In this document: one piece after another, positions 41,173 through 52,392 of the stretch | How positions within the stretch are numbered: position 1 is the first letter of the stretch | Layout: the number at the start of each line of letters is the position of its first letter | Assembly: GCA_964594215.1 (NCBI GenBank) | Contig: CAZQLN010000002.1 | Coordinates: 41,855-105,854, forward strand | Direction: 5' to 3' | DNA: 64,000 bases | DNA from: an uncultured Bdellovibrionales bacterium | GTDB lineage: Bacteria; Patescibacteriota; Minisyncoccia; Moranbacterales; UBA1568 | The notes under the pieces: generated by a model | Told to the model about the DNA's origin: nothing | Database searches by the model: none | What the model saw: only the letters and a program-made list of their open reading frames with translations | Program-made: the position numbers and the translations under genes

Positions 41173-43533
41173 CTATACTTGCCACTTGTCTCGTTCACCC
41201 TGTTCGTGAACATGTTCATCGCCATATTCTGTTTCATCATCTTCATCTTCCGTATCTACCGTTTTACCGACAAGCACTTTTTTCTTTCCATCTATCATGC
41301 CCACAATGCCATTTTCTTCCAAAAGATTCATCAGGCGCGCGGCTTTGGGATAGCCGATACCGAGGACTGTTTGGAGTGAGGTGGTAGAGGCTTTACCGGA
41401 ATTGATAATGACTTCCCGAGCTCGGATATACATATCATCCTGTTCCGCTCCAGTATCCACACTATCTAAAGCGTCCATCAAAGAATCATCTCCGGTAGCA
41501 TCGGAAAATGGATCGTCGTCTTCTTCATCTCCAAGATCCTCTTTCTGCTTGCGAATAAAGTTGGTCACCCGTTTGACTTCATCCTCAGAAACAAATACAC
41601 CCTGAATGCGCTTAGTTTCAGAGCCTTCTGATGGCGCGTAGAGCATATCACCACTACCTAAGAGTTTCTCGGCTCCACCAGCATCAAGGATTGTGCGAGA
41701 ATCTATGTGAGATTTCAATTGAAAAGCAATGCGGGCTGGAATATTAGCCTTAATCAAACCGGTAATCACGGTTGCCTCTGGACGTTGAGTAGCTAACACA
41801 AGATGAATACCAACGGCACGAGATTTAGCGGTCAGACGGCTCACAATAGCTTCCACTTCTTTGCCATGCTGAGCCATCAGATCAGCCACTTCATCAATGA
41901 CAATTACCATATATGGCAAGTGTTCCATTGGTTCCTCATGAGTGGTGTTGGTTTCGGTACTTACAATAGTTTTTGTATCTCCTCGAGCCACTCTTTCCTG
42001 ATAACCAGCGAGATCGCGACAATGAGCATCTTCCAGAACCTTATAACGTCTCTCCATTTGAGCCACTGCCCATTTCAATACAGTCACCACCTTCTTCATA
42101 TCGACGATAACATCCGTCTGAAGATGTGGAATACCCTTATAGGTCGCAAGCTCCACACGTTTTGGGTCAACTAAGATCAACTTCAGGTCTTGTGGAGAAT
42201 TCTGATACAGAAGTGAAAGTAGTAAAGTGTTGATACAAACCGATTTTCCAGAACCCGTGCGCCCAGCAATCAGAAGGTGAGGCATTTTCTGAAGATCAGC
42301 TACTACGTTCTTACCAGAAACATCTTGACCCAAGACCACCATAAGATTTCCCTTCCGATCCTTGAACTCTCGACTATCGATAATATTACGCAAACGCACC
42401 TTGGCTGTTTGTTTATTTGGTACTTCAATACCAATTAATGACTTGCCTGGAATTGGTGCCTCAATACGGATAGGATGCTTTGCTAGAGCCAAAGCTAGAT
42501 CATTATTAAGTGTTGTGATACGTGAAATTTTAACCCCAAGAGCAGGTGTAAAGGTATATTGAGTTACTGTTGGACCCTCTTTGACCTCACCTGGCTCTAC
42601 TTCAATACCAAAATATTTAAGAGTTTTCTGAATAATACTCTTGTTATGCTCTATGTCGTCTCCTACGATGGCTTTCTCTCCATTAGATTCTAGTAAATCC
42701 TGCGGTGGCAATTCCCAAACATAACGAGAACGACGACGCTTCTTCACTACCGGAACACTCTCATCCTCTTCATCGTCTTCAAAGATTTCCTCATCTTCTT
42801 CATCAAAAGACTCCGTTTTCGTATCATCCAAAAACTCAAGATTCATAATATTATGTTCCTCCATTGGATCAGCTGATACCTCTTCGGAAACTAATTCGTC
42901 TACTGCTTCAATCGGTTCTCCATTTTCATCAAGTAATTCCTCCTCTACTTCTGATTTCTGGAACACTCCTCTGAGCCTCAACCAAATACCTTCCAAGAAT
43001 CCAATCAGTGACATATTGAAAGTCATGATTAATCCAGCTATCAGAAAAGCTAGAAGGAGTATCACACCAGCTACTTTCCCAGCCAAAACAAAAAATCCAG
43101 CCGCTATAGCATACCCTATATAACCTCCCCCTTCTCCCGCTTCCGCAATTTTGAGATACGTCTTCGTATCAGTTCCCAAGAAAAGATGAATCAAGCCCAG
43201 GATAGTCAGATAGATGACAATCAGTCCTACATACTTCACCGCATCTCGCGTAGTGGTTGTCTTACGGATCAACATCATCCCTGACAAACTAAAAAGAAGT
43301 GCTGGCAATAACCACTTACCATATCCAAAAAGCGTACCAATGCCACTATCAATCCAAGTGCCCAGAAGCCCGGCGGCATCAAAAAAACCGAGAACTGAGA
43401 GAAGACCAAAGGTAATCAAAAACACCAAAAGAAGGCTCTTTTTGGCGTCAGTATGAAGAATATTGGCAAAAGCTGAAGATTCTTCTTCGGATTCAGCATC
43501 AATCTTTTTGGATTCTTTTTTCTTTTTGGCCAT
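41173..43533 (-). CDS. ftsK: DNA translocase FtsK/SpoIIIE
   Basis: 4-TM N-terminus, RIEAPIPGK, AGRTGSGKS, IDEVADLM, LATQRP, gamma domain. Confidence 0.96.
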   Translation of the reverse strand: MAKKKKESKKIDAESEEESSAFANILHTDAKKSLLLVFLITFGLLSVLGFFDAAGLLGTWIDSGIGTLFGYGKWLLPALLFSLSGMMLIRKTTTTRDAVKYVGLIVIYLTILGLIHLFLGTDTKTYLKIAEAGEGGGYIGYAIAAGFFVLAGKVAGVILLLAFLIAGLIMTFNMSLIGFLEGIWLRLRGVFQKSEVEEELLDENGEPIEAVDELVSEEVSADPMEEHNIMNLEFLDDTKTESFDEEDEEIFEDDEEDESVPVVKKRRRSRYVWELPPQDLLESNGEKAIVGDDIEHNKSIIQKTLKYFGIEVEPGEVKEGPTVTQYTFTPALGVKISRITTLNNDLALALAKHPIRIEAPIPGKSLIGIEVPNKQTAKVRLRNIIDSREFKDRKGNLMVVLGQDVSGKNVVADLQKMPHLLIAGRTGSGKSVCINTLLLSLLYQNSPQDLKLILVDPKRVELATYKGIPHLQTDVIVDMKKVVTVLKWAVAQMERRYKVLEDAHCRDLAGYQERVARGDTKTIVSTETNTTHEEPMEHLPYMVIVIDEVADLMAQHGKEVEAIVSRLTAKSRAVGIHLVLATQRPEATVITGLIKANIPARIAFQLKSHIDSRTILDAGGAEKLLGSGDMLYAPSEGSETKRIQGVFVSEDEVKRVTNFIRKQKEDLGDEEDDDPFSDATGDDSLMDALDSVDTGAEQDDMYIRAREVIINSGKASTTSLQTVLGIGYPKAARLMNLLEENGIVGMIDGKKKVLVGKTVDTEDEDDETEYGDEHVHEQGERDKWQV

Positions 43534-43658
43534 AACAAAAAAATGGGTTGAAAATACAGATATATCCAGTATATCACCCAATCAAAGACAAAAAAAGCCC
43601 TCTTGCAAGGGCTTCTTCTGTTTTTTTGAAGGAAAGGAAAAGTTCCCTCCTTAAAATT

Positions 43659-46600
43659 TTAGACTGTTTCCTTCGGAGTATCGCTACCACGATAACCTGT
43701 TCCTGCTGGAATAAGGCGACCGATAATAACATTTTCTTTTAGTCCACGGAGGCGATCTTCTTTACCAGCAATAGAGGCGTTGATAAGAACACGCGCAGTC
43801 TCCATAAATGAGGCCGCCGAAAGGAAAGACTCTGTAGAAAGAGCTACCTTCGTGATACCTAAGACCATCGCTTCTCCAGTCGCCTGCACGCCCTTAGCGG
43901 TACGAGCTTCTTCATTTGCTTCTTCAAACTGATCACGCTCCACTACATCTCCCGGAAGGAGCATGGTAGAACCTGGGTCAATAATCTTAAAGCGTGACAT
44001 CATCTGACGAATAATCACTTCGATATGTTTGTCGTTAATACCTTCACCCTGTGAGGCATAGATTTCTTGAATCTCACGAACGATATAGCGATGAACCGCT
44101 TCCTGACCCATAACTGCGTAGAGTTTCTTGAGATCGATGTGTCCCTCAGAGAGAACTGTACCGACAGCTACAAGGTCTCCTTGTTTAACTTTGAGAGTAG
44201 CGTTGGCAGGAACGCTGTATTCGTAAGCCTGCTTATCAGTGCCACGAACCAGAATTTTAATTGCTTTGACATCTTTCTCAATCGTTTCCACTTGACCGTC
44301 TACTTCTGAAAGAATAGCTTCGGTCTTTGGATTACGAGCTTCGAAGATTTCTTCAACACGAGGAAGACCCTGAGTAATGTCTGATCCCGCCACACCACCG
44401 ATGTGGAAAGTACGCATAGTCAGCTGAGTTCCTGGCTCTCCAATAGCCTGAGCAGCTACGACACCCACGGAAGCTCCGAGCTGCACAATGTTGCTGCGTC
44501 CAAGATCAATACCATAACACATCTGACATACTCCACGACGTGAACGGCAGCCGACGAGACTACGGATCTTCACTGCTGGGATATTGGCATCTTCTACCAT
44601 TTTAGCTTCAATTTTCCCTACCAAAGTATTCTTTTTGACGATGACTTCTTTGGTTTCTGGATGCTTGATAGCATCAATCGTTGTACGTCCTTCAACACGA
44701 CTTGCAAAACTGATACCTACCTTCTCAGAATCTTCTCGATAAAGGAAGGTTCCTTCAGTATCACCACAATCCGTATCACGGACAATGATGTCTTGTGCTA
44801 CATCTACTAAACGACGAGTAAGGTATCCGGCGGTAGCAGTACGAAGAGCGGTATCAGCCATACCCTTACGAGCTCCATGAGTTGAGATAAAGTATTCCAA
44901 CACGTTAAATCCTTCTTTGAAGGAACTCTTAACCGGCAATTCGATAGTCTCACCAGTAGGGCCAGCCATCAAACCTTTCATACCGGTCATCTGGACTATA
45001 ACTGACTCAGATCCACGAGCCTTAGAATACACCATGGCATGTACTGGACCTTCCTTGTCGACCGTGTTACGAACAGCCTCGGTAATCTCATTTTTCGTTT
45101 CGTTCCAAATTTCAATAACTCGGTTACGGCGCTCTTCTCCGGTCAGAAGTCCCATATTGTATTGGTCATGAACTTCCTTGACGCGAATTTCAGCAGCGGT
45201 AATCAGGGCCTTCTTTTCTTTTGGTACCTGCAAATCATCCATACCCCAGCTAATACCAGAACGAGAGACTGACTTGAAGGTCAAATCCTTGAGACGATCA
45301 GCAAATAAAGCTGCTTCACCTTGTCCCAAAGTTTCTAGAATACGTGACATGATGATCTTAAGATCTTTCTTTGTCATTTCTTCATTGATATAACGAATCT
45401 CTTCTGGAAGAATATCATTCAACATCGCTCGTCCAACAGAAGTTTCAATCACTTCTCCTTGGTAGAGAAGCTTGATAGCGACATTGATATCAACATAACC
45501 ATTTTGGAAAGCCATCATCGCCTCGTTGATAGAAGAGAATATCTTACCCTTACCCTTTCCGTCTGGCTTGATATGAGTGAGGTAATATCCTCCGAGCACC
45601 ATATCCAGAGTAGCTGTTACAATTGGTTCTCCTGAAGCAGGCTTGAGGAGGTTCTTAGAAGAAAGCATGATATTAGCACTTTCCTCGCGAGCCTGATCCG
45701 TCAAAGGAACGTGTACCGCCATCTGGTCACCATCGAAGTCAGCGTTGAAAGCGCTACAAACCATCGGATGCAAACGAATAGCCTTACCCTCAATCAAAAC
45801 TGGCTGGAAAGCCTGGATAGACAAACGGTGAAGGGTTGGGGCACGGTTTAAGAGTACGTAGTGATGCTCGATAATCTGGTCAAGGATCTCGTAAGCCTCT
45901 TCAGTTTCAGCATCTACCATTCGTCCAGCGGTACGCACGTTATGAGCGTATTCTTTTTCGATCAGTTTATTGATGATGAATGGCTTGAAAAGTTCGAGAG
46001 CCATCTTCTTTGGCAAACCACACTGATGCAGTTTAAGACTTGGCCCAACAACGATAACACTACGGCCTGAATAATCGACGCGCTTTCCAAGCAAGTTTTG
46101 ACGGAAACGTCCTTGCTTACCTTTGAGGGCATCAGCCAGTGAGCGCAAAGCCCGACGCTGACCAGTAGAGGCAGCTGTTGAGGCTTGCCCACGACGAGCA
46201 CTGTTGTCGAAGAGGGCATCTACTGCCTCCTGCAACATACGCTTTTCGTTACGCGTAATAACTTCGGGAGCGCCGATAGCCATCAATTTCTTGAGACGAT
46301 TATTACGGTTGATGATACGGCGATAAAGATCGTTGAGATCAGAAGTTGCGAAACGGCCACCATCAAGAGCTACCATTGGACGCAGATCCGGTGGAATAAC
46401 AGGTAGCATCGTTGGAAGCATCCACTCAAATTTTAGTTCCGCTTTCTGGAATCCTTGGTACACCTTCAATCGCTGCAACAGCTTCTTTTGATCAACGCTC
46501 TCATTAGCTTCAAGCTCCGCTTTCAGTTCTTCAAGCTTCTCATCAACATTGATGGTTTCAAGAATCTTCCTGATCGCTTCAGCACCAATACCAGCAGTAA

Positions 46601-47264
46601 ACACCTGTCCAAAACGACTTGAGAGGTTGAAATACTCAACTTCAGAAACGATCTGGTATGGACGTAGGTTTTTGATTTCATCTTTAGTATTCTTGTACTG
46701 GTCTTTCAATTCGTCCAGACGAGCTTCAAGCATTTTCTCGTTTTTCTCACCAGCTTTCAATTCTTTTTGCTTTGCCTTGTATTCTTTCTCCAAACTCTCC
46801 AGTGTTTGCTCTTTCAAGTTCTCATTAACATCCATAATGATGTATGACGAGAAATAGATAACACGCTCAAGATCCTGAGGAGAAATACCTAAGACCAAAC
46901 CAATTTTTGATGGTACACCACGAAGATACCAGATATGCGAAACTGGGGTAGCGAGTTTGATATGCCCCATACGTTCACGACGCACAATAGCACGAGTAAC
47001 TTCTACGCCACATTTATCACACACGATTCCATTGTAACGAATGCGTTTGTACTTACCGCAATAACACTCCCAGTCTTTTGAAGGACCGAAAATCTTTTCA
47101 CAGAAAAGTCCATCTGGTTCGTAACGTTGGGTACGATAGTTAATGGTTTCTGGTTTAGTGATCTCACCATGAGACCATTCGAGAATTTGATCGGGGCTCG
47201 CTAGAGTGAGTCGCACGCTGTCGAAATCACTCACTTTCGTTATGTTGTCCATAGGATTGGTCAT
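43659..47264 (-). CDS. rpoC: RNA polymerase beta' subunit
   Basis: [31 protein letters not shown]. Confidence 0.99.
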   Translation of the reverse strand: MTNPMDNITKVSDFDSVRLTLASPDQILEWSHGEITKPETINYRTQRYEPDGLFCEKIFGPSKDWECYCGKYKRIRYNGIVCDKCGVEVTRAIVRRERMGHIKLATPVSHIWYLRGVPSKIGLVLGISPQDLERVIYFSSYIIMDVNENLKEQTLESLEKEYKAKQKELKAGEKNEKMLEARLDELKDQYKNTKDEIKNLRPYQIVSEVEYFNLSSRFGQVFTAGIGAEAIRKILETINVDEKLEELKAELEANESVDQKKLLQRLKVYQGFQKAELKFEWMLPTMLPVIPPDLRPMVALDGGRFATSDLNDLYRRIINRNNRLKKLMAIGAPEVITRNEKRMLQEAVDALFDNSARRGQASTAASTGQRRALRSLADALKGKQGRFRQNLLGKRVDYSGRSVIVVGPSLKLHQCGLPKKMALELFKPFIINKLIEKEYAHNVRTAGRMVDAETEEAYEILDQIIEHHYVLLNRAPTLHRLSIQAFQPVLIEGKAIRLHPMVCSAFNADFDGDQMAVHVPLTDQAREESANIMLSSKNLLKPASGEPIVTATLDMVLGGYYLTHIKPDGKGKGKIFSSINEAMMAFQNGYVDINVAIKLLYQGEVIETSVGRAMLNDILPEEIRYINEEMTKKDLKIIMSRILETLGQGEAALFADRLKDLTFKSVSRSGISWGMDDLQVPKEKKALITAAEIRVKEVHDQYNMGLLTGEERRNRVIEIWNETKNEITEAVRNTVDKEGPVHAMVYSKARGSESVIVQMTGMKGLMAGPTGETIELPVKSSFKEGFNVLEYFISTHGARKGMADTALRTATAGYLTRRLVDVAQDIIVRDTDCGDTEGTFLYREDSEKVGISFASRVEGRTTIDAIKHPETKEVIVKKNTLVGKIEAKMVEDANIPAVKIRSLVGCRSRRGVCQMCYGIDLGRSNIVQLGASVGVVAAQAIGEPGTQLTMRTFHIGGVAGSDITQGLPRVEEIFEARNPKTEAILSEVDGQVETIEKDVKAIKILVRGTDKQAYEYSVPANATLKVKQGDLVAVGTVLSEGHIDLKKLYAVMGQEAVHRYIVREIQEIYASQGEGINDKHIEVIIRQMMSRFKIIDPGSTMLLPGDVVERDQFEEANEEARTAKGVQATGEAMVLGITKVALSTESFLSAASFMETARVLINASIAGKEDRLRGLKENVIIGRLIPAGTGYRGSDTPKETV

Positions 47265-47291
47265 ACGTTTGTTTCTTTAGAGTGTAGTGAA

Positions 47292-50200
47292 TTAAACAGT
47301 GTCTGGCTCATCGGCGGGATCGATAGTTTTCACGCCCTTGAGCTCAACATTAAGACAGAGACCTTTCAACTCATTCACGAGAACGTGGAATGATGCTGGC
47401 AGGTTCGGGCTCTTAATAGCTTCACCCTTAATAATGGATTCGTATGCCTTCGAGCGACCCAAGACATCATCTGACTTGATCGTAAGCATTTCCTGGAGCG
47501 TATGAGCCGCACCATAACCTTCAAGCGCCCATACTTCCATTTCTCCAAAACGCTGTCCACCGAACTGTGCTTTACCACCAAGCGGTTGCTGGGTAATAAG
47601 AGAGTAGGGTCCGATAGAACGCATGTGAATTTTGTCATCGATAAGGTGATTGAGCTTCAGAATATACATCACACCTACCGTAGACTCATTGTCATAGGCT
47701 TCACCAGTCTTACCATTCACAAGACGAATCTTACCGTTTTCTGGTAATCCTGCTTCTTTGAGTTGCCCTTTAATATCTGCTTCAGAAACACCGTCGAGTG
47801 AAGAACTTGCTACTTTATAACCCAAAGTCTGAGCGGCCCAACCAAGGTGAGTCTCCAAAATCTGACCAATGTTCATACGACTAGCTACACCGAGTGGGTT
47901 TAGAATCACATCCACCGGAGTTCCATCTGGAAGATACGGCATATCTTCTACAGCTGCTACCTTAGAGATAACACCCTTGTTTCCATGACGTCCGGCCAGC
48001 TTGTCTCCTACGCTAATCTTTCGCATGTTAGCTACTGATACCTGAATCTGCTGGAAAACACCCATTGGCAGTTTGTCGCCTCGTTCACGAGAGAAGATTT
48101 TAACATCGACTACTTTACCGCGCTCACCATGAGGTAGGTACATAGAAGAGTCCTTAACATCACGTGACTTCTCACCAAAGATTACTCGAAGCAATCTTTC
48201 TTCAGCGGTCAAATCACCCTCACCCTTTGGAGTGATTTTTCCAACCATAATATCACCAGAAGAAATCTCTGCTCCGATACGGATAATACCGTTCTCATCA
48301 AGATTCTTTAGGCGATCCTCACCGATATTCGGAATATCTCGAGTGATCACTTCCGGTCCAAGCTTCGTATCACGAACATCTAGAGAGAAATCTTCAATGT
48401 GAATAGAACTCCAACGATCATTTTGTACGATACGCTCTGAGATAATGATGGCATCTTCGTAGTTGTAACCATCCCATGGTACAAAAGCGACTGTCATGTT
48501 TTGTCCAAGAGCAAGCTCTCCATGATCGGTAGATGCACCATCAGCGAGCAGATCGCCCTTCTTTACCTTCTGTCCCTTCGTCACGCGAGGAACCTGGTTC
48601 ATACTTGTAAATGCGTTTGATTTTTCGAAAGTCTGAAGAATATATTCGTAATCTTTGTATTCTTTCTTTGATCCAGCCGGAGCTTTAGCGCGTACGACGA
48701 TGTTACCACCATCTACGAGAATAACTTCTCCATCAGCATCAGCAAGAACTACCTGTCCGGAGTCACGAGCAGCTTTATCTTCGATACCAGTTCCTACGAT
48801 AGGAGATTCTGGCACAACACAAGAAACTGCCTGACGCTGCATGTTAGAACCCATGAGAGCACGGTTAGCGTCATCATGTTCCAAGAAAGGGATCAAAGCG
48901 GTAGCAATAGAGATGCACTGCTTCACAGAAACATCCATAAAATCTAGAGAACTCGCCTCGATTGTTTCTGGATGGCCTTTCACACGAGCTTCAACAAGTG
49001 ATCCCACAAAGTTACGGTTTTCATCAAGTTCCACTCCTGCATGAGCGATAATTTTACGGTCTTCAACGATAGCATTCAGATATTCGATATCCAATGTCAC
49101 GAATGGACGAACAGCTACGAGCTCGCCTTTCAGTTTATCAGCTACTTTTTTAGCGGTAGCAGCAGTCAGTTTCTCACCAGCCTTAGCAACACCAGCGACT
49201 GCTTCGAGAAGAATACGGTGTTCGAGATCTTCAGGGGTAGCTTTCACTTCATGTTTCACAATCAAGTACGGTGTCTCTAAGAAACCATACTCATTGACAC
49301 GGGCGTAGCTTGCAAGGTGACCTACAAGACCGATGTTTGGACCTTCAGGAGTCTCAATTGGACAAATGCGTCCGTAGTGAGAATGATGAACATCGCGAAC
49401 CTCAAAACCAGCTCGCTCACGAGTCAATCCTCCTGGTCCCATAGCTGAAAGACGGCGCTTGTGTTCAAGCTCAGCAAGTGGATTCACCTGATCCATAAAC
49501 TGCGAGAGTTGAGAGCTTGAGAAAAATTCCTTCACAGAAGCAGCTACTGGTCGAGGGTTAATCAACTGACCAGGGACGACTGTTTCAGGATCACACGTAC
49601 TCATACGATCCTTAATATTGCGCACCATGCGATAGAGTCCTACGCGCAGTTTGTTTTGAATCAACTCACCAACAGCACGTACACGACGATTACCGAGGTG
49701 ATCGATATCGTCAGCACGGCCCTCTGGGTCATTCATCAAACGAATCACCTCACCAATAATCAAAACAAGATCTTCAGTATTCAAGATACGGTTTTCTTCG
49801 GTATCAGCTCTTTCAACAGAGAGACGTTGGTTGAGACGGTAGCGCCCCACTGCCCCAAAGTCATAACGCTCAAAGTTAAAGAACATGGCATCAATCATTT
49901 GTTTAGCATTTTCTTCAGTAGCCAAATCACCCGGACGCAGACGCTTGTAGACTTCACGGTAAGCTTCTCCCTGATTAGTAGTTGTGTCTTTAAGAAGAGT
50001 GTTCTCAATAAACTTGACTGTGCCTGTGTCAATGTCAGCAAAAGCCTCACGCATCTTCTTCTCATCAAAACCAAAAGCACGAAGAAGAGTAGTTACTGGC
50101 AATTTACGCTTACGGTCAATTTTCACTGAAATAACACCATCAGCGTCAGTTTCTACCTCCAACCAAGCTCCACGATTTGGAATGATCTTCGCTCCGAACA

Positions 50201-50693
50201 ACTTCTTACCTTTTGAATATTCCATGGTGAAAAATACACCAGGAGAACGGATCAACTGACTGACCACTACACGCTCTACACCATTGATAATGAAAGTTCC
50301 TCGTTCAGTCATGAGGGGAAATTCCCCAAGATAGATTTCTTGCTCCTTAACTTCTCCGGTTTTCTTCATTACGAGCTGTGCTTTAGCACGGAGGGGGGCT
50401 TCATAAGAAATATTCTTGTTCTTAGCTACCAGAGCGCTATATTTTGGTTCGTCAAGATAGTAGTCAACAATAGAAAGCTCAAGATCCTTTCCAGTAAAGT
50501 CAGTGACTGGGTTGATTTCATCAAAAAGCTCTTTCAAAGCCTTGTCCCAAAACCACTTGTACGAATCTGTCTGGACCTCAATCAAGTCAGGGAGAGAGAC
50601 CGTAATACGATTATTAAAAAAGCGACGCTTGGCAAGGGAAGAGTCCTTACCGAAAGTATCTTTGACACGAAGAGCTTTCTGGGCTTGAGACAT
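47292..50693 (-). CDS. rpoB: RNA polymerase beta subunit
   Basis: QLSQFMDQ, ETPEGPNIGL, GDKLAGRHGNKG, GGQRFGEME. Confidence 0.99.
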   Translation of the reverse strand: MSQAQKALRVKDTFGKDSSLAKRRFFNNRITVSLPDLIEVQTDSYKWFWDKALKELFDEINPVTDFTGKDLELSIVDYYLDEPKYSALVAKNKNISYEAPLRAKAQLVMKKTGEVKEQEIYLGEFPLMTERGTFIINGVERVVVSQLIRSPGVFFTMEYSKGKKLFGAKIIPNRGAWLEVETDADGVISVKIDRKRKLPVTTLLRAFGFDEKKMREAFADIDTGTVKFIENTLLKDTTTNQGEAYREVYKRLRPGDLATEENAKQMIDAMFFNFERYDFGAVGRYRLNQRLSVERADTEENRILNTEDLVLIIGEVIRLMNDPEGRADDIDHLGNRRVRAVGELIQNKLRVGLYRMVRNIKDRMSTCDPETVVPGQLINPRPVAASVKEFFSSSQLSQFMDQVNPLAELEHKRRLSAMGPGGLTRERAGFEVRDVHHSHYGRICPIETPEGPNIGLVGHLASYARVNEYGFLETPYLIVKHEVKATPEDLEHRILLEAVAGVAKAGEKLTAATAKKVADKLKGELVAVRPFVTLDIEYLNAIVEDRKIIAHAGVELDENRNFVGSLVEARVKGHPETIEASSLDFMDVSVKQCISIATALIPFLEHDDANRALMGSNMQRQAVSCVVPESPIVGTGIEDKAARDSGQVVLADADGEVILVDGGNIVVRAKAPAGSKKEYKDYEYILQTFEKSNAFTSMNQVPRVTKGQKVKKGDLLADGASTDHGELALGQNMTVAFVPWDGYNYEDAIIISERIVQNDRWSSIHIEDFSLDVRDTKLGPEVITRDIPNIGEDRLKNLDENGIIRIGAEISSGDIMVGKITPKGEGDLTAEERLLRVIFGEKSRDVKDSSMYLPHGERGKVVDVKIFSRERGDKLPMGVFQQIQVSVANMRKISVGDKLAGRHGNKGVISKVAAVEDMPYLPDGTPVDVILNPLGVASRMNIGQILETHLGWAAQTLGYKVASSSLDGVSEADIKGQLKEAGLPENGKIRLVNGKTGEAYDNESTVGVMYILKLNHLIDDKIHMRSIGPYSLITQQPLGGKAQFGGQRFGEMEVWALEGYGAAHTLQEMLTIKSDDVLGRSKAYESIIKGEAIKSPNLPASFHVLVNELKGLCLNVELKGVKTIDPADEPDTV

Positions 50694-50699
50694 AAAAAA

Positions 50700-50916
50700 G
50701 CGCTCACATCGGTACTCCTTGCTTGAGACAAGTAGGGTCTGTGAGATTATGGATAAACTATTTACAACTGACGTGGGTGGCAGGTCGCACCATCTGCTTG
50801 GAACATTTAGCGGCCGAATACTAACAACAACTTCTGATTTACTCGGACCTGAAGAGAAAAGTAAATCACTTTAAAACAAGTTTTCAGAGTATACCAAAGG
50901 AAAGAAATGCTGTCAA
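50700..50916 (-). promoter_or_regulatory. rpoB promoter and structured ~190-nt 5' leader
   Basis: TTGACA(50916-50911)-17-TATACT(50893-50888); hairpins TGATTTACT/AGTAAATCA and CTCACA..CCTACTTG/CAAGCAAGG..TGTGAG. Confidence 0.6.
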
Positions 50917-51029
50917 CTAGAAAACAAAACAGAGCTTCAGAGAAGCTTTTTATGGAAAATTTCTTCTTTAAGATGAAGAAGTGTACATTTTTGGTTTTTA
51001 CTTACAATCAGACAAAAAGAACGGAAATA

Positions 51030-51305
51030 TCATCTCTGATCGATAGCAAAATTATACACCCGAGATACAGTTTCGGCAATACGCCTTGACGTGAAGTTTT
51101 CAGGTGCCTCTCCTGTTACCAGGAAACCCCCAATCATCTCAGGCTTTATCTTTATTTCAGAGAGAATCTGCTCAAGACTCACCAGAAGTTGTTTTCCCAT
51201 ATCACGTTCTTCTGGCCAAGATTTTTCCACAATCAACTCATCTCCTTTAAAAAGTTTGAGGATCGAAGAATCATTGTTGACCGTTAGTTGGAAGTTGTAG
51301 GTCAT
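51030..51305 (-). CDS. Minimal TsaB (YeaZ)-like protein
   Basis: LLVSLEQIL...V.G..PENFTSRRIA resembles the TsaB GPGSFTGLRIG region; only 91 aa. Confidence 0.55.
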   Translation of the reverse strand: MTYNFQLTVNNDSSILKLFKGDELIVEKSWPEERDMGKQLLVSLEQILSEIKIKPEMIGGFLVTGEAPENFTSRRIAETVSRVYNFAIDQR

Positions 51306-52039
51306 AATTTATTCCAATCAAAGTTCCAGGGATCAGTTTTGCGACCTGGCGCAATATCATCGTGCCCTACTACATATTTAATACTATATTTACCCTTAAG
51401 GTATCCTATTAAATCTTTTACTGCCTGATACTGAGCCTTCGTATACTCATCATCCTTAGTATTAAGTATCTCTACCCCAATAGAAAAATCATTAACATTC
51501 TTACGACCATCCTGCATCTCACTTTCTCCAGCATGGTAAGCAATACCACTATCACTGACAAGCTGATAGATTGTTCCATCACGAGCTATCATATAGTGCG
51601 GTGAGACTCCATAACTTTTCCAAATTCCTATGACAGCACTGACCGAGTAAGGATCTCCTGTTGGACTATATGAGGAGTGAAGAACTATGGTATCGATCTT
51701 ACGTCCTCCCGTATTCTCGTGACCGAAAGAAACGAGGTTCTCTTTAAGAGCAAAGCCCTTAGGCTCGATCTCTTCTTCTAATTTTGTGGCCGATACAGTT
51801 TCCTTAGTCTGAGATTTTTTTTCCTCCACCACAGATTTCGTCATGGGACCTTTGGTTATACCAGCTGCAAGAGTATCGCGCTTCTCTGGTAACTCCTGAT
51901 CCTTTGTTATTTGTTCGCTATCTGGATTCTCAAAAACTGTAGCCGTCTGACTTCTTTGTTCGTGCCACAAAGCTAGTACTCCAAAAAGGAGCACCGGTGC
52001 TACCACTACACCCAGGGTCATTTTTCTAGATAGTGCCAT
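51302..52039 (-). CDS. N-acetylmuramoyl-L-alanine amidase (Amidase_2/AmpD type), membrane anchored
   Basis: IVLHSS, SPHYMI, AYHAG, NDFSIGVE, GHDDIAPGRKTDP. Confidence 0.92.
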   Translation of the reverse strand: MALSRKMTLGVVVAPVLLFGVLALWHEQRSQTATVFENPDSEQITKDQELPEKRDTLAAGITKGPMTKSVVEEKKSQTKETVSATKLEEEIEPKGFALKENLVSFGHENTGGRKIDTIVLHSSYSPTGDPYSVSAVIGIWKSYGVSPHYMIARDGTIYQLVSDSGIAYHAGESEMQDGRKNVNDFSIGVEILNTKDDEYTKAQYQAVKDLIGYLKGKYSIKYVVGHDDIAPGRKTDPWNFDWNKL

Positions 52040-52106
52040 GCCTTCAGTATACCAAAGATAAAGCCCCCTTGCGGAGGCTCTATCGTCAGTGCTTATTTCA
52101 AGTCTA

Positions 52107-52361
52107 TTATTTCTTCTTTTTCTTGCTATCCCCACTCAAAAGAAGAGCAGCGGCAGCTCCAAGAGCAGCTCCAATACCGGCTGAGATAAGAGCTGCTTTT
52201 TCTGGATTCTTTTTTACGTAGTCATCAGCTTTTTTCATTGTTGACTCTACCTGCTTGCGCGCTTTAGCGATTTCTTTCTCTGCTTGAGCTTTTCTTTTGT
52301 CAATTTCACTCATGACCGCGTCTTTTGCTTTTTCAACACTCTTCTTGTTTGGCATAGCCAT
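52107..52361 (-). CDS. DUF883/ElaB/YqjD-like tail-anchored protein
   Basis: Charged helical N-terminus, YVKKNPEKAALISAGIGAALG C-terminal TM. Confidence 0.75.
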   Translation of the reverse strand: MAMPNKKSVEKAKDAVMSEIDKRKAQAEKEIAKARKQVESTMKKADDYVKKNPEKAALISAGIGAALGAAAALLLSGDSKKKKK

Positions 52362-52392
52362 ACTCTTTAACATGTTAACTAATTATTAATAT

